Part shown: piece by piece, positions 1 through 15,542 of the stretch | How the letters are laid out: each line of letters opens with the position of its first letter | Position numbering within the stretch: position 1 is the stretch's first letter | Notes under the pieces: model-generated | Told to the model about the DNA's origin: nothing | The model's input: the letters and a program-made list of their open reading frames with translations, nothing else | Databases searched by the model: none | Assembly (NCBI GenBank): GCA_964016885.1 | Contig: OZ024748.1 | Location: 21,576,001 to 21,640,000, forward strand | Reading direction: 5' to 3' | Origin: Eledone cirrhosa | Lineage: Eukaryota | Length of the DNA: 64,000 bases | Position numbers and translations under genes: made by a program

Positions 1-167
1 CCCAAAGCATAACAATATATATCATCATCATCATCATCATCACCGTTTTACGTCCGTTCTTCCACGCTAGCATGGGTTAGACGGGTTGTCCTGTTGTGGG
101 CAGTGTCTGGTCGGCTGACCATGCCTTGCTCATACAGGAACTGATTTGGCTTGATTTCTACATATAT

Positions 168-300
168 AATGAAGGAAGTGTGGTAAGGAACCAAGTAGAC
201 CATAATGCACCAGAGCACTCAATACTTAGGGTAGTAGAGTGGGTAATAGGAAAATGTTCAAGACCCCGACGGCAGAGCTCAAGCCGTTTCGACGGCTAGC
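168..300 (-). mobile_element. Same family, non-inverted copy truncated in stem II
   Basis: Colinear with 24246-24373; ends at gacggctagc. Confidence 0.72.
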
Positions 301-726
301 CTTTTCTCTCTATATCGTTATTATTAATATTATTATTGATGTTGTAATTTGAATTTGTAAATTTGCCGGCTACATATATATTTTTTTAACAGTTTCCGAA
401 GATCTGATAGAGCTAACATCGTATTTAAAATTGAGTGGCACTGCTTTTAGTGTTCAGCAATTTTTAGACAACTTTATCAGTGAAACAATTGTTAGACTGC
501 AAATAAATCCCCTTTTTTTGTTCTGTTGACCATGTTATTCTTCACTTTTTCAATTTTATTACTCCAAGATAAACTTACATATGAATACAAGTGAAATCAA
601 AAACCTCTTGTTGAGTCAAGCAACGCCGTACGCTAAAGCTATCGATAATAAGAAGTATTCACAACCTCTAACTGCATTACCTATAACAATATTTTGTTAT
701 CCTTTATATATGTATATATATTTGTG

Positions 727-757
<31 letters not shown>

Positions 758-808
758 ATTTGTGTGTGTATATATATATGTAAATATATATGTATATGTA
801 TATATATT

Positions 809-839
<31 letters not shown>

Positions 840-921
840 ATTTGAGTATATATATATATTTGATATATATATATGTATATATATTTGTGTGTATATATAT
901 ATATATATGTATAATATAGAA

Positions 922-1020
922 GAGCTTCTACAGGACTAGAACTGTTTCATTCGTGAGAAATCATCAGGGGAGCTCCCTGATGATATCTCACGAATGAAAC
1001 AGTTCTAGTCCTGTAGATCT
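922..1020. ncRNA. Pair of back-to-back hammerhead motifs in a palindrome
   Basis: Minus strand reads GAGCUCCC CUGAUGA U-UUC-UCAC-GAA-U GAAA CAG-UUCUAGUC-CUG UA GAAGCUC. The plus copy (core 977-983, GAAA 996-999) has a deletion in the 3' strand of stem I. Confidence 0.68.
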
Positions 1021-1268
1021 TCTATATTAAAATTTTTGTACTCCGCTATGTATTGAGTACCTTACTTTCTGTGGTTACCTCCGATTCAACCCGGAATAAC
1101 TTATTATATATATGTATATATATTTGTATGTATATATATATTTGTATATATACATATTTGTGTGTATATATATGTGTGTGTGTATATATGTACATATCTC
1201 AAATGTCCCAAGGCTCTAAAACCATCAACACCAAAAAACACAAAGCTGGCATATCTAAGAACTTACTA

Positions 1269-1324
1269 ACTGCCTGATGAGGTCATAGCCATACAATGGC
1301 TATCATCGAATTATATATAGTAGT
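1269..1324 (+). ncRNA. Degenerate hammerhead, same family as 31055-31113
   Basis: actgc ctgatga ggtcatagcca-tacaa-tggctatcatc gaat tatatata gtagt. Stem II shows compensatory differences from the 31 kb copy; GAAA is changed to GAAU. Confidence 0.6.
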
Positions 1325-1373
1325 AAATAAAAGATTATGAATTCATGCAATTGACTTATGTTTCGTCACTATG

Positions 1374-1432
<59 letters not shown>

Positions 1433-1519
1433 GTATATATATTTGTATATATACATATTTGTATCTATATATATTTGTATGTATACATATTTGTATGTAT
1501 ATACATATGTATATATATT

Positions 1520-1562
<43 letters not shown>

Positions 1563-1668
1563 GTATATATATTTGTGTATATATATATATACATATGTAT
1601 ATATATTTGTGTATATATATATATACACATATATTTATATACACACACACACATCTCTATATATATAT

Positions 1669-1700
<32 letters not shown>

Positions 1701-1994
1701 ATACACATCCTAAAGTATATTGCTAAATTTGATATCCCCCCTCCACTGCTATCATATCATTAGAGATATTCCTAAGTATCTCATCAGTTGAGATATATCT
1801 AAATTTACCTGAGATTAAAACCCTAAAAAAGATATTTCGAGAAATTAAATATTTACATAAACTTAAATATGGCTTTTCTACCTTAATCCCATCCTTCTGA
1901 AAATACAGATGGCATGTCTGATTGCTTTGTTGATTCATGTCTATATGTTTGTGAATATATATATGTGTGTGTGTGAGTGCATGTGTGTCTGTAT

Positions 1995-2046
<52 letters not shown>

Positions 2047-2131
2047 GAGAGATAGATAGATAGATAGATATATGTATGTATACATGTATATACACTTACA
2101 TAAACATATATATATGGGTGCATGTTTGTAT

Positions 2132-2168
<37 letters not shown>

Positions 2169-2241
2169 ATGTTTATTCATGAATGTATATATTCACTATT
2201 GTTAGCACAGTGTCGTGGTAACCTGGGTCATATTCAATGCA

Positions 2242-2308
<67 letters not shown>

Positions 2309-2310
<2 letters not shown>

Positions 2311-2638
2311 AGGCACATGGCTTAGTGGTTAGAGCATTGGCCTTGCAATCGAAAGGTTGTGAGTTCAATTCTCAGATCGGGTGATGTGTTGTTTCCTTGA
2401 GCAAGACACTTTGTTTAACATTGCTCCAGTTTACTCAGCTGTAGAAGTGAGATGATAGGGACTGGGGTCCCTATCATTCCACTGCAAAGTGGTCGTGGAG
2501 GTGCCACAGCAAAAAAGCACCCAGCACTCACTGTAAATGAGGTTGGTGTTAGGGAGGGCATCCAGCTGTAGAAATCAAAGCCAGAATCAGTTCCTGTCCC
2601 ACCCTTGCAAGCAGGGAAAAGTGGACGTAAAATGATGA
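2309..2638 (+). mobile_element. tRNA-derived CORE-type SINE with RTE-like tail
   Basis: A box tggcttagtgg, B box gttcaattc, CORE-like tccttgagcaagacactt, tail gggcatccagctgtagaaa...ggacgtaaaatgatga shared with the RTE LINE. Confidence 0.85.
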
Positions 2639-2777
2639 CTGGGGTCCCTATCATCTCATTTCTACAGCTGAGTAAACTGGAGCAATGTGAAATAAAGTGT
2701 CTTGCTCAAGGAAACTTCACCCGGTCTGAGAATTGAACTCACAACCTTTCGATTGCAAGGCCAATGCTCTAACCACT
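2638..2777 (-). mobile_element. Partial inverted copy of the same SINE
   Basis: Reverse complement of about 2324-2475 with an internal deletion. Confidence 0.8.
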
Positions 2778-3446
2778 ATATATATGTGTGTGTGTATATA
2801 CTTATATATATTCACTGACATTTGTATAGTGTTATGGTAACATGTACCACATATTCCAGGGAACATCGAAATATTGTCTACGTCTTCTGTCTGCCATCTT
2901 GTCATGGGACCAAACTATGTTTGTTTTTTTATTCCTTGTCTCCAGAGATTGGAACTATACATCTTTAACTAATAAAACATCCAACACACCTCAACTTGCT
3001 AGAAATAATAGTTAAATCACTCCAGTCAAATGACTCCAGACACACACACACCCACATGCATACACATATACCCCCTCGCATCCACACGTACATACGCACG
3101 CAACACCCACACATACAATCTTAATTTTTTTTTTTTTTTTTAAATACATTCCATTTCAATTAATTAATGAAGAATTTTGAGTCATTTACTAAAATTATTA
3201 ATTTTTTTCATTACTAACATAACTTAATATACGGTTCATCATTATCATCATCATCACCATTTTACATCCAATCTTCCATGGGTTAGACGAGTTGTCTTGT
3301 TGTGGGCAATGGTGGGTCAGGTGACCATGTCTTGCTCATATGCAACTGATTTTGGCTCAGTTTCTACAGTTGGATGACCTTCCTAACTCCAACATATATA
3401 AAATTATGTTGAAAGATTTAAATTTGTATAGGAACCCTTTAAAATG

Positions 3447-3477
<31 letters not shown>

Positions 3478-3768
3478 CCATCGAACCTGAGCTAATTTTG
3501 ACTGGGTTGGGTAGGTACCAAAATGTTTAAAAGAAAAAGAAAGAAAGCCTGTTCCTGACCTCAAGATGAGGTGGTCACAGTTGGAACACTCTTGATCATA
3601 GGTCTGTTCAATCAGTGCCAACACGAGATTAAACAATAGCAACAATACTCCCCAGTTATTAATCCATCGATATCATACAACAGTGAGCTCCACTGCCTCA
3701 TGGCACTTATTTTTATATTCAATAAACTGAGCTTTTGAAATCTTCAACCAATAAAGCTTCTTGCTTAA

Positions 3769-4306
3769 CCCTTTAGCATTTAAACCAGCCGTATCTAGCC
3801 AGAATTCTCTCACCTCTTTCTGTTCAAACCGGCTGTAACTGGCCATTCATACTGATGTTAAGGTATTGTTCTCAAAATAAATAATATCAAAATCTCATAG
3901 ATTCAATATTATGTGAGATAAGCTTTTACCACGAAAATACAATAGTTTATATAGAGCAGAAGTTCTGAAAGTGGGCGCTACTACCCCTCAAGGGGCATTG
4001 AGAAGGTTCGGGGTGGGGGGCTAAGAGGGCGCTAGAGATGATATAATAATATATTAAATATCAAATGATATATATATATAAATATAGTTAAATAAAAAAA
4101 ATATATAAGATTTATTTATACATAGTATATATTGTATTATTTATTATATATAAATTAATAATTTTGTTTATTATATATTATTTACAATTTGCGTGTAGGC
4201 TGGTCGCTCTAGATATAGGGGTGAGCCCTCTGAAGATATTGCGTGACTGTGAGGGGGGGGGGGGGGTTGAGAACCTCTGATATAGAGTTATGTAAATGCT
4301 AAAGAT
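3769..4306. mobile_element. piggyBac-like MITE interrupted by the hAT MITE
   Basis: TTAA|CCCTTTAGCATTTA ... TAAATGCTAAAGAT|TTAA; homologous to 33115-33310. Confidence 0.75.
3957..4279. mobile_element. hAT (Charlie-like) MITE
   Basis: TIRs CAGAAGTTCTGAA / TTGAGAACCTCTG; perfect 8-bp TSD ATATAGAG at 3949-3956 and 4280-4287. Confidence 0.85.
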
Positions 4307-4555
4307 TTAATCAGATGGGTTGAAGGAAGAGGAGATGGTTGAGGGGGGAAGAAATAACTACGTATATTTTGCTGTAAGAGGAGAGAAAAAAAAGAAAAAG
4401 ATGCTGATAGCCAAATCAAACCAAGGAAAGTCTGCTTCCATTGGTCTTTCTGTTGCTGATACTATCTGCCTGGTGCTACTTCTGGTTATATAAAGTTTAT
4501 TTATATAACTTGCAGTTTCCATCAAGCAAATTTCATGCACAAGCATATATAAATA

Positions 4556-4714
4556 CAGTGAACTTCCGTTATAACGAAATTCACGGAGTATAAAAAAAAA
4601 TTTGTTGTAACGAAAAATTCTTTATAATGAGATCAACCTAACACATCGAGTGTGTGGCCAGAGATTGAAAATAAATTTGTTATAATGGTATTCGTTATAA
4701 TGGAATTTTACCTG
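4556..4714. mobile_element. Tigger/pogo-like MITE
   Basis: TA|CAGTGAACTTCCGTTATAACGAA ... TTCGTTATAATGGAATTTTACCTG|TA. Confidence 0.75.
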
Positions 4715-4841
4715 TATATATATATAGTAATAACAAATGTGAAGACTAAAATCCGAAGATGGCTCGATAAGGATTATATATAAAGATCCTGTTAAGGGTG
4801 GAAGCAGCGATTCTTTGTTTGAACTTTAATCTGTTCTTATA

Positions 4842-4880
<39 letters not shown>

Positions 4881-4881
4881 T

Positions 4882-6636
4882 ATAGAAAGAGTTATAGTAT
4901 AAATAATCAGAGATCAAATTGATCTAGATGAAATGCAGTTTGGGTTTGTGTCAGGTAAAAGTACCACAAATGCTCTTTTCCTTGTACGACAACTACAGAA
5001 GTACCTAGCTAAAAGTAAACCCGTCTACTTAGCTTTTGTTGACTTGAAGAAAGCCTTTGACAGAGTCCCCTACTCCATTATCTGGTGGGCCTTTAGAAAA
5101 CTAGGTGTATATGAATGGCTTGTGAGAGCTATACAAGCCATGTATAAAGAAACAGTCAGCAAGGTTAGAATTAACAATGAATATAATGAAGAATTTAGCG
5201 TAAAAGTTGGTGTTCATCAAGGCTTTGTCCTTAGCCCCCTACTATTTATTATTGCCCTTCAGGCTATAACAGAGGAGTTTAAGACCGGCTGCCCATGGGA
5301 ACTTCTATATGCAGATTACCTAACTCTCATAGCTGAATCTATGGCTGAACTAGAGAAGAAATTCCAAACATGGAAGCATGGCCTAGAATCAAAAGGCCTT
5401 AAAGTTAACATGTCTAAGAGTAAAGTCTTAGGAAAATAGGGCACAGGTGCCCTCTAGGAAATGCCCATGCTCAGTGTGTAGGAAAGGAGTAAGTAGAAAT
5501 TCCATTTTATGTCCCAAATGCAAACTATGGGTACATAAAGATGTAGTGGGATCACAGGCAAGCTATCTAAGAACATAGATTTTATATGTGGCCGATGCTC
5601 AGGTGCGATAAGTAGCAAGTGCCCACAGGATACTAGCTCCTTCTACTGCCAAGATGGTTCTATAGAAATAGTGGACACTTTCCGTTACCTGGGTGACAAA
5701 ATCAGTAGTGGTGGAGGGTGCTGTGAAAGTACAGTAGCCAGAGTTAGAACGGGATGGGAAAAGTTCAGAGAGCTTATACTGCTGTTGGTCACAAAAGGTT
5801 TCTCTCTAAAAATGAAAGGCAGATTATATGATGCTTGTATACGAACAGCAATGTTACATGGCAGTGAGACATGGGTATTGTGTGCAGAGGACCTGCGCAG
5901 ACTGGAAAGGGACAAAGCATGCATGCTCCATTGGATGTGTAATAGTAATATACATGAGCGGCAAAACATAAATGAACTAAGTGAGAAATTAGGAATAAGA
6001 GGGATCAGATGCTGTTTACTTGAGAGAAGACTACTTTGGTATGGTCACGTGATGCGCATGAAAAACGACTGCTGTATAAAAAAGTGCAGGGCAATCAAAA
6101 TTGATGGAAGTTGCGGAGTAGGTAGAATCAGAAAAACCTGGGATGATTTGATAAATTCCGACCTCACACACTTACACCTCTCCAAGACAATGTCACTGGA
6201 CCGAGAGCTTTGGCGCTACACGGTAATAATGAAGACCCGCCTTACCTAAGTACAAAGTGAAACCTACTACAGTTAGTAGGCACCTCTAACAAAATACACC
6301 CCGTCCCACTACCCCCACCCCATCCACACCACCCCTTCAATGTAAAGTTATGTTGGTGTCACAACATCCAGCTCGAAACAAATGAGGTCGTGTAGGTGTC
6401 ACAACAAAAAAAAACACACAGTCCACGCTGTAATGTGGTCGTGTAGGCAACACGGTAAAAACCTCCCAGTTCCACACTGTAAATGTGGTTGGTGTTAGGA
6501 AGGGCATCCAGCTGTAGAAAACCCGCCAGACAGTCCTATGCGAGCAAGACAACCATTCTTGCCTCAAGTGGGGAAAACCGCCGTCCAAACCCATGCAAGC
6601 ATGGAATATGGACGTTAAACGATGATGATGATGATG

Positions 6637-6637
<1 letters not shown>
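4882..6637 (+). mobile_element. 5'-truncated, disrupted RTE-clade LINE (RT C-terminal part, Cys-rich insertion, 3' UTR and (GAT)n tail)
   Basis: EMQFGF...AFVDLKKAFDRV...GVHQG..LSPLLF...LLYADY (YADD degenerate), then CSVC..CPKC..VH..C..CGRC, FRYLG, LHGSETW, RRLLWYGHVMR; internal stop and frameshift near 5439-5550; tail ends ggacgttaaacgatgatgat. Confidence 0.92.
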
Positions 6638-9116
<2,479 letters not shown>

Positions 9117-9238
9117 TATATTAATAAGAGGAATTCCAACTTTGTCTGATTTACTCGTTTTATTTACAATCCTTTAAAATATATATAATGGTATTATAAT
9201 GAAATAGTATGATAGAATATTAAATTCTAAGTGTTAAT

Positions 9239-9277
9239 TGAACAAGTACTTTCATGCTTTCGCAATCTTCAGGTTCA
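9239..9277 (-). ncRNA. Minimal type I hammerhead ribozyme, inverted copy
   Basis: Exact reverse complement of 9383-9421, in the left arm of the 9117-9543 palindrome. Confidence 0.8.
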
Positions 9278-9382
9278 TGATATGTGGTGACAGTCGAGTT
9301 TGCAATTTTCAACTGTCGAAATTTTCAACTGTCGAAATTTTCAACAGTTGAAAATTGCAAACTCGACTGTCACCACATATCA

Positions 9383-9421
9383 TGAACCTGAAGATTGCGA
9401 AAGCATGAAAGTACTTGTTCA
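9383..9421 (+). ncRNA. Minimal type I hammerhead ribozyme (palindromic stem III)
   Basis: UGAAC CUGAAGA U-UGC-GAAA-GCA-U GAAA GUAC UU GUUCA. Stem I is UGAAC/GUUCA, the core is intact, stem II has a GNRA loop, stem III AGUACU is self-complementary, and the predicted cleavage triplet is CUU. Confidence 0.8.
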
Positions 9422-9589
9422 ATTAACACTTAGAATTTAATATTCTATCATACTATTTCATTATAATACCATTATATATATTTTAAAGGATTGTAAATAA
9501 AACGAGTAAATCAGACAAAGTTGGAATTCCTCTTATTAATATAATCTTCTATACACAATCATACACACCCGTGTATATTTACCTATCTA

Positions 9590-9609
9590 TATCTATATAT
9601 ATATATATA

Positions 9610-9654
<45 letters not shown>

Positions 9655-9867
9655 GTATATATATGTATATATATATATATATGTATATATATATGTATAT
9701 ATATGTATATATATGTATATATATATATATATGTATATATATATGTATATATATGTATATATATATGTATATATATGTATATATATATATATGTATATAT
9801 ATGTATATATATATGTATATATATGTATATATATATATATGTATATATATGTATATATATATGTATA

Positions 9868-9916
<49 letters not shown>

Positions 9917-10399
9917 GTATATATATATATGTATATATATATGTATGTATATATATATGTATGTATATATATGTATATATGTATATATATGTATATATGT
10001 ATATATATGTATGTATGTATATATATGTATATATATATATATATATGTGTATATATATGTATATATATATGTGTATATATATGTATATATATATATGTAT
10101 ATATATGTATATATATATATGTATATGTATATATGTATATATATATATGTATATGTATATATATATGTATATATATATATGTATATGTATATATATATGT
10201 ATATATATATATGTATATGTATATATATGTATATATATATGTATATATGTATATATATATATGTATATATATGTATATATGTATATATATATATGTATAT
10301 ATATATATATGTATATATATATATGTATATATGTATGTATATATGTATATATATATATGTATATATGTATATATATATATGTGTATATATGTATATATA

Positions 10400-10452
<53 letters not shown>

Positions 10453-10609
10453 GTATATATATGTATATATATATATATGTATATATATGTATATATATTT
10501 ATATATATATGTATATATATATATATGTATATATATGTATATATATATTTATATATATATGTATATATATATATATGTATATATATGTATATATATATGT
10601 ATATATATG

Positions 10610-10640
<31 letters not shown>

Positions 10641-10641
10641 T

Positions 10642-10672
<31 letters not shown>

Positions 10673-10673
10673 T

Positions 10674-10726
<53 letters not shown>

Positions 10727-10823
10727 GTATATATATGTATATATATTTATATATATATGTATATATGTATATATATGTATATATATATATGTATATATAT
10801 GTATATATATTTATATATATATT

Positions 10824-10874
<51 letters not shown>

Positions 10875-11125
10875 ATATATATATGTATATATGTATATAT
10901 ATATATGTATATATATATGTATATATATGTATATATGTATATATATATATGTATATATGTATATATGTATATATATATGTATATATATGTATATATGTAT
11001 ATATATATATGTATATATATATGTATATATATGTATATATATATATGTATATATATGTATATATATATGTATATATATATATGTATATATATATATGTAT
11101 ATATATGTATATATATATGTATATA

Positions 11126-11170
<45 letters not shown>

Positions 11171-11181
11171 GTATATATATG

Positions 11182-11238
<57 letters not shown>

Positions 11239-11297
11239 GTATATATATGTATATATATATATATATGTATATATATATGTATATATATATGTATATA

Positions 11298-11348
<51 letters not shown>

Positions 11349-11459
11349 ATATATATGTGTATATATATGTATATATATATATATGTGTATATATATATAT
11401 ATGTGTATATATATGTATATATATATATGTATATATATATGTATATATATATGTATATA

Positions 11460-11508
<49 letters not shown>

Positions 11509-11727
11509 ATATATATGTATATATATATGTATATATATATATATGTGTATATATATGTATATATATATATGTATATATATATATATGTGTATATATATGT
11601 ATATATATATATGTATATGTTTATATATATGTATATGTTTATATATATGTATATGTTTATATATATGTATATGTTTATATATATGTATATATATATATGT
11701 ATATATATATATGTATATATATATATG

Positions 11728-11760
<33 letters not shown>

Positions 11761-11773
11761 GTATATATATATG

Positions 11774-11807
<34 letters not shown>

Positions 11808-11967
11808 TATATATGTATATATATATGTATATATATATGTATATATATATATATATGTATATATATATGTATATATATATGTATATATATATGTATATAT
11901 ATATGTATATATATATGTATATATATATGTATATATATGTATATATATATATATATATATGTATATG

Positions 11968-11999
<32 letters not shown>

Positions 12000-12154
12000 T
12001 GTATATGTATATATATATATGTATATGTATATATATATGTATATATATGTATATATATATATGTATATATATATCACTTTTCTGAATTTTTTTAGCAAGA
12101 TTCTTTTATCTGAAAACGTGTGTTGAAACCGATATATATATATACATATATATG

Positions 12155-12249
<95 letters not shown>

Positions 12250-12250
12250 G

Positions 12251-12289
<39 letters not shown>

Positions 12290-12326
12290 GTGTGTGTGTA
12301 TATATATATATGTATGTATATATATG

Positions 12327-12345
<19 letters not shown>
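9590..12345. repeat. (TA)n/(TATG) microsatellite, ~2.7 kb
   Basis: Direct inspection; short island at about 12073-12131. Confidence 0.97.
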
Positions 12346-12358
<13 letters not shown>

Positions 12359-12371
12359 TTGATATAATATG

Positions 12372-12408
<37 letters not shown>

Positions 12409-12435
12409 TATATAGAGAGAGATTGATATAATATG

Positions 12436-12474
<39 letters not shown>

Positions 12475-12569
12475 TATATAGAGAGAGATTGATATAATAT
12501 GGTGTGTATATATATATATATATATATATGTAGGTATATAGAGAGAGATTGATATAATATGGTGTGTGT

Positions 12570-12646
<77 letters not shown>

Positions 12647-12838
12647 TGTTAGGAAGGGCATCCAACTGTAGAAAACCTGCCAGACAGTCCTATGCGAGCA
12701 AGAAAATCACTCTTGCCTCAAGTGGGACTACCCCCGTCCAAACCCATGCAAGCGTGGAACACGGACGTTAAACGTTGATGATGATGATGATGATATATAT
12801 ATATATATAGGTATATAGAGAGAGATTGATATAATATG

Positions 12839-12877
<39 letters not shown>

Positions 12878-12968
12878 TATATAGAGAGAGATTGATATAA
12901 TATGGTGTGTATATATATATATATATATGTAGGTATATAGAGAGAGATTGATATAATATGTTGTGTGT

Positions 12969-13023
<55 letters not shown>

Positions 13024-13270
13024 TGTTAGGAAGGGCATCCAACTGTAGAAAACCTGCCAGACAGTCCTATGCGAGCAAGAAAATCACTCTTGCCTCAAGT
13101 GGGACTACCCCCGTCGAAACCCATGCAAGCGTGGAACACGGACGTTAAACGTTGATGATGATGATGATATATATATATATATAGGTATATAGAGAGAGAT
13201 TGATATAATATGGTGTGTATATATATATATATATATATATAGGTATATAGAGAGAGATTGATATAATATG

Positions 13271-13307
<37 letters not shown>

Positions 13308-13343
13308 GGTATATAGAGAGAGATTGATATAATATGGTGTGTG
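12346..13343. repeat. Composite tandem repeat: ~60-bp gagagattgatataatatggtgtg(TA)n units plus a duplicated LINE-tail segment (period ~377 bp)
   Basis: ttggtgttaggaagggcatcc...ggacgttaaacgttgatg at 12643 and 13020. Confidence 0.85.
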
Positions 13344-13680
13344 CATTGCACTAGACTGGAAGCAATTAATGAGAATTTCCTGTATCAGCTAACATTTTTA
13401 CTTTCAAGTCCATTTAAAGTGTACTAACTGTTAATTAATGTCATCAAAGCATTCCATTATCTTCCGTATAGAGCAGCAATCACTTTTATTGATACTTACA
13501 CACGATATAATTACACACGATATAATTATTATTATCATCTTAATTTTCTTTATTATTATTATCATTGCTGTTGTTGTTGTTGTTGATGTTGTCTGTTAGC
13601 ATATTAACAGGTCTATTTGGACTTCAATTTTTCTTTTCACTTGAATGTCTTCTTTGTATTTCATTATATATGGAAGATAG

Positions 13681-13733
<53 letters not shown>

Positions 13734-14559
13734 CGTTTCTACTTTTGGCACAAGACCAGCAAATTATCCCAGTGCATTACTGGTACTTTATTTTATCGAC
13801 CCTGTAAGGATGAAAGGCAAAGTTAACTTCGGCAGGATTTGAACTCGGATCATAATGATGATAATAATAATAATGATGATGATGATGATGATTGCATTTA
13901 TTGGTCACAAGGGCCGACATATAGGGGACAATACAAAGACAGGGACAGTGGGGGGTTTACAATAAGCTGAGTAAAAATGCACAATAACAAAAGCAATTTA
14001 ACAATGAAAAAAATATATATAAAAGTAAAGCATATATAAAAATAACAATAGGGGGATGAACCACCCAGGGGCGACTCAGGTACCCCACCAATTCTGAACC
14101 ACCCAATGCTTTGAGGGCACTCAAGGAGGGCACCCCTCTCCTCCTCAAATTTATCAGCCTACAAGTTCATGATCAGAGTAGCCCCACTCACACGGGCCAT
14201 TCTTGCCACATCCACCCACCTTTTAGCAAATGTACTGGGGGGCAGGACTTCTCTCTCCTCCCTCACCTTCCTTTCCAGGGTAAATTTGAATCAAAAAATA
14301 ATAATAATAATAATAATAGTTTCTGGTTTAGGCACATGGCCAGCAATTTGAAGGGAAGGGGAAAGTCGATTAAATCAACCCAGTACATTACTGGTACTTT
14401 ATTTTATCGACCCCGTAAGGATGAAAGACAAAGCTAACCATGGCGAAATTTGAACTCAGAATGCAAAGGGTCATAACTCTATGCTGCAAAGCATGTTGTC
14501 CGACACTCTACCATACTGCCAATCCACTGCCCTTTAGTAACCACAAAGGCTTTACAAAA

Positions 14560-14815
14560 GATAGAGGACGGTAGAGGACAGTACAGGATGGTACAGGAGG
14601 GTAGATGACAGTACAGAATGGTACAGGATGGTACAGGAGGGTAGATGACAGTACAGAATGGTACAGGATGGTACAGGATAGTACAGGACACTACAGGACG
14701 GGACGGGACAGGATGGTAGAGGACAGTACAGGATAGTACAGGACACTACAGGACGGGACAGTACAGGACAGTACATGACAGTACGGAATGGTACAGGACG
14801 GTACAGGACAGTACA
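14560..14815. repeat. gtacagga(c/t)-based ~10-bp minisatellite
   Basis: Direct inspection. Confidence 0.85.
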
Positions 14816-15499
14816 AATATGGGTTTCTGCATATTAAAAAAAAGATAACATAAACAAAAGATATAACAAAAAAATGGAAACAAACGAAAAATCCCCAATA
14901 AGGGGAGACCACCAAGGGTTACTTGTGGAGAAAGCCCACTAACAATAATAATGTAATAATAATAATTATGATGATGGTGGTGTTGGTGGTGGCAGTGATA
15001 GTAGTGGTGGTGGTGGTGGTGGCAGTGATAGTAGCTGAGGTGATGGTGGTGATGGTTGTGATAGTGGTAGTTGTGGTGGTGAAGTTGGTGGTGGTGATGA
15101 TTGTGATGGTTGTAGTGGTGGTTGTGGTGGTGATTTTGATGGTTGTAGTGGTGGTTGTGGTGGTGATTTTGATGGTTGTAGTGGTGGTTGTGGTGGTAGT
15201 TGTGGTGGTGGTGATGGGGATTTCTAAATTTGGCAATGGGCCACAAATTTTTGCCAACACCAAAGTTTAATAACAATAATAATAATAATAATAATAATTG
15301 TTTCTACCTTTTGGCCACAAGGCCAGCAATAACCCAGTACATTACTGGTACTTTATTTTATAATAATAATAATGATGATGATGCTGGAGATGATTATGAG
15401 GAGGAGGAGGAGGAAGCAACAGAGGTAGATATTAGAGTAATTGGAAATAATGATGGAAAAAGTAATAGCAACAACAACAGTTGGTTTATATGAATAACA

Positions 15500-15542
<43 letters not shown>

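Larger units (their letters stand above)
9117..9543. mobile_element. Near-perfect ~200-bp-arm palindromic element (putative Penelope-like pLTR inversion) in a (TA)n tract
   Basis: Arms about 9117-9316 and 9345-9543 are reverse complements; the centre holds a short tandem repeat of aattttcaactgtcga; one hammerhead per arm; flanked by kb-long TA tracts. Confidence 0.8.

Noticed and set aside
2309-2385. tRNA-like sequence with A and B boxes
   Set aside because: Head of a multi-copy SINE; no proper acceptor stem, and it continues into the CORE-like body
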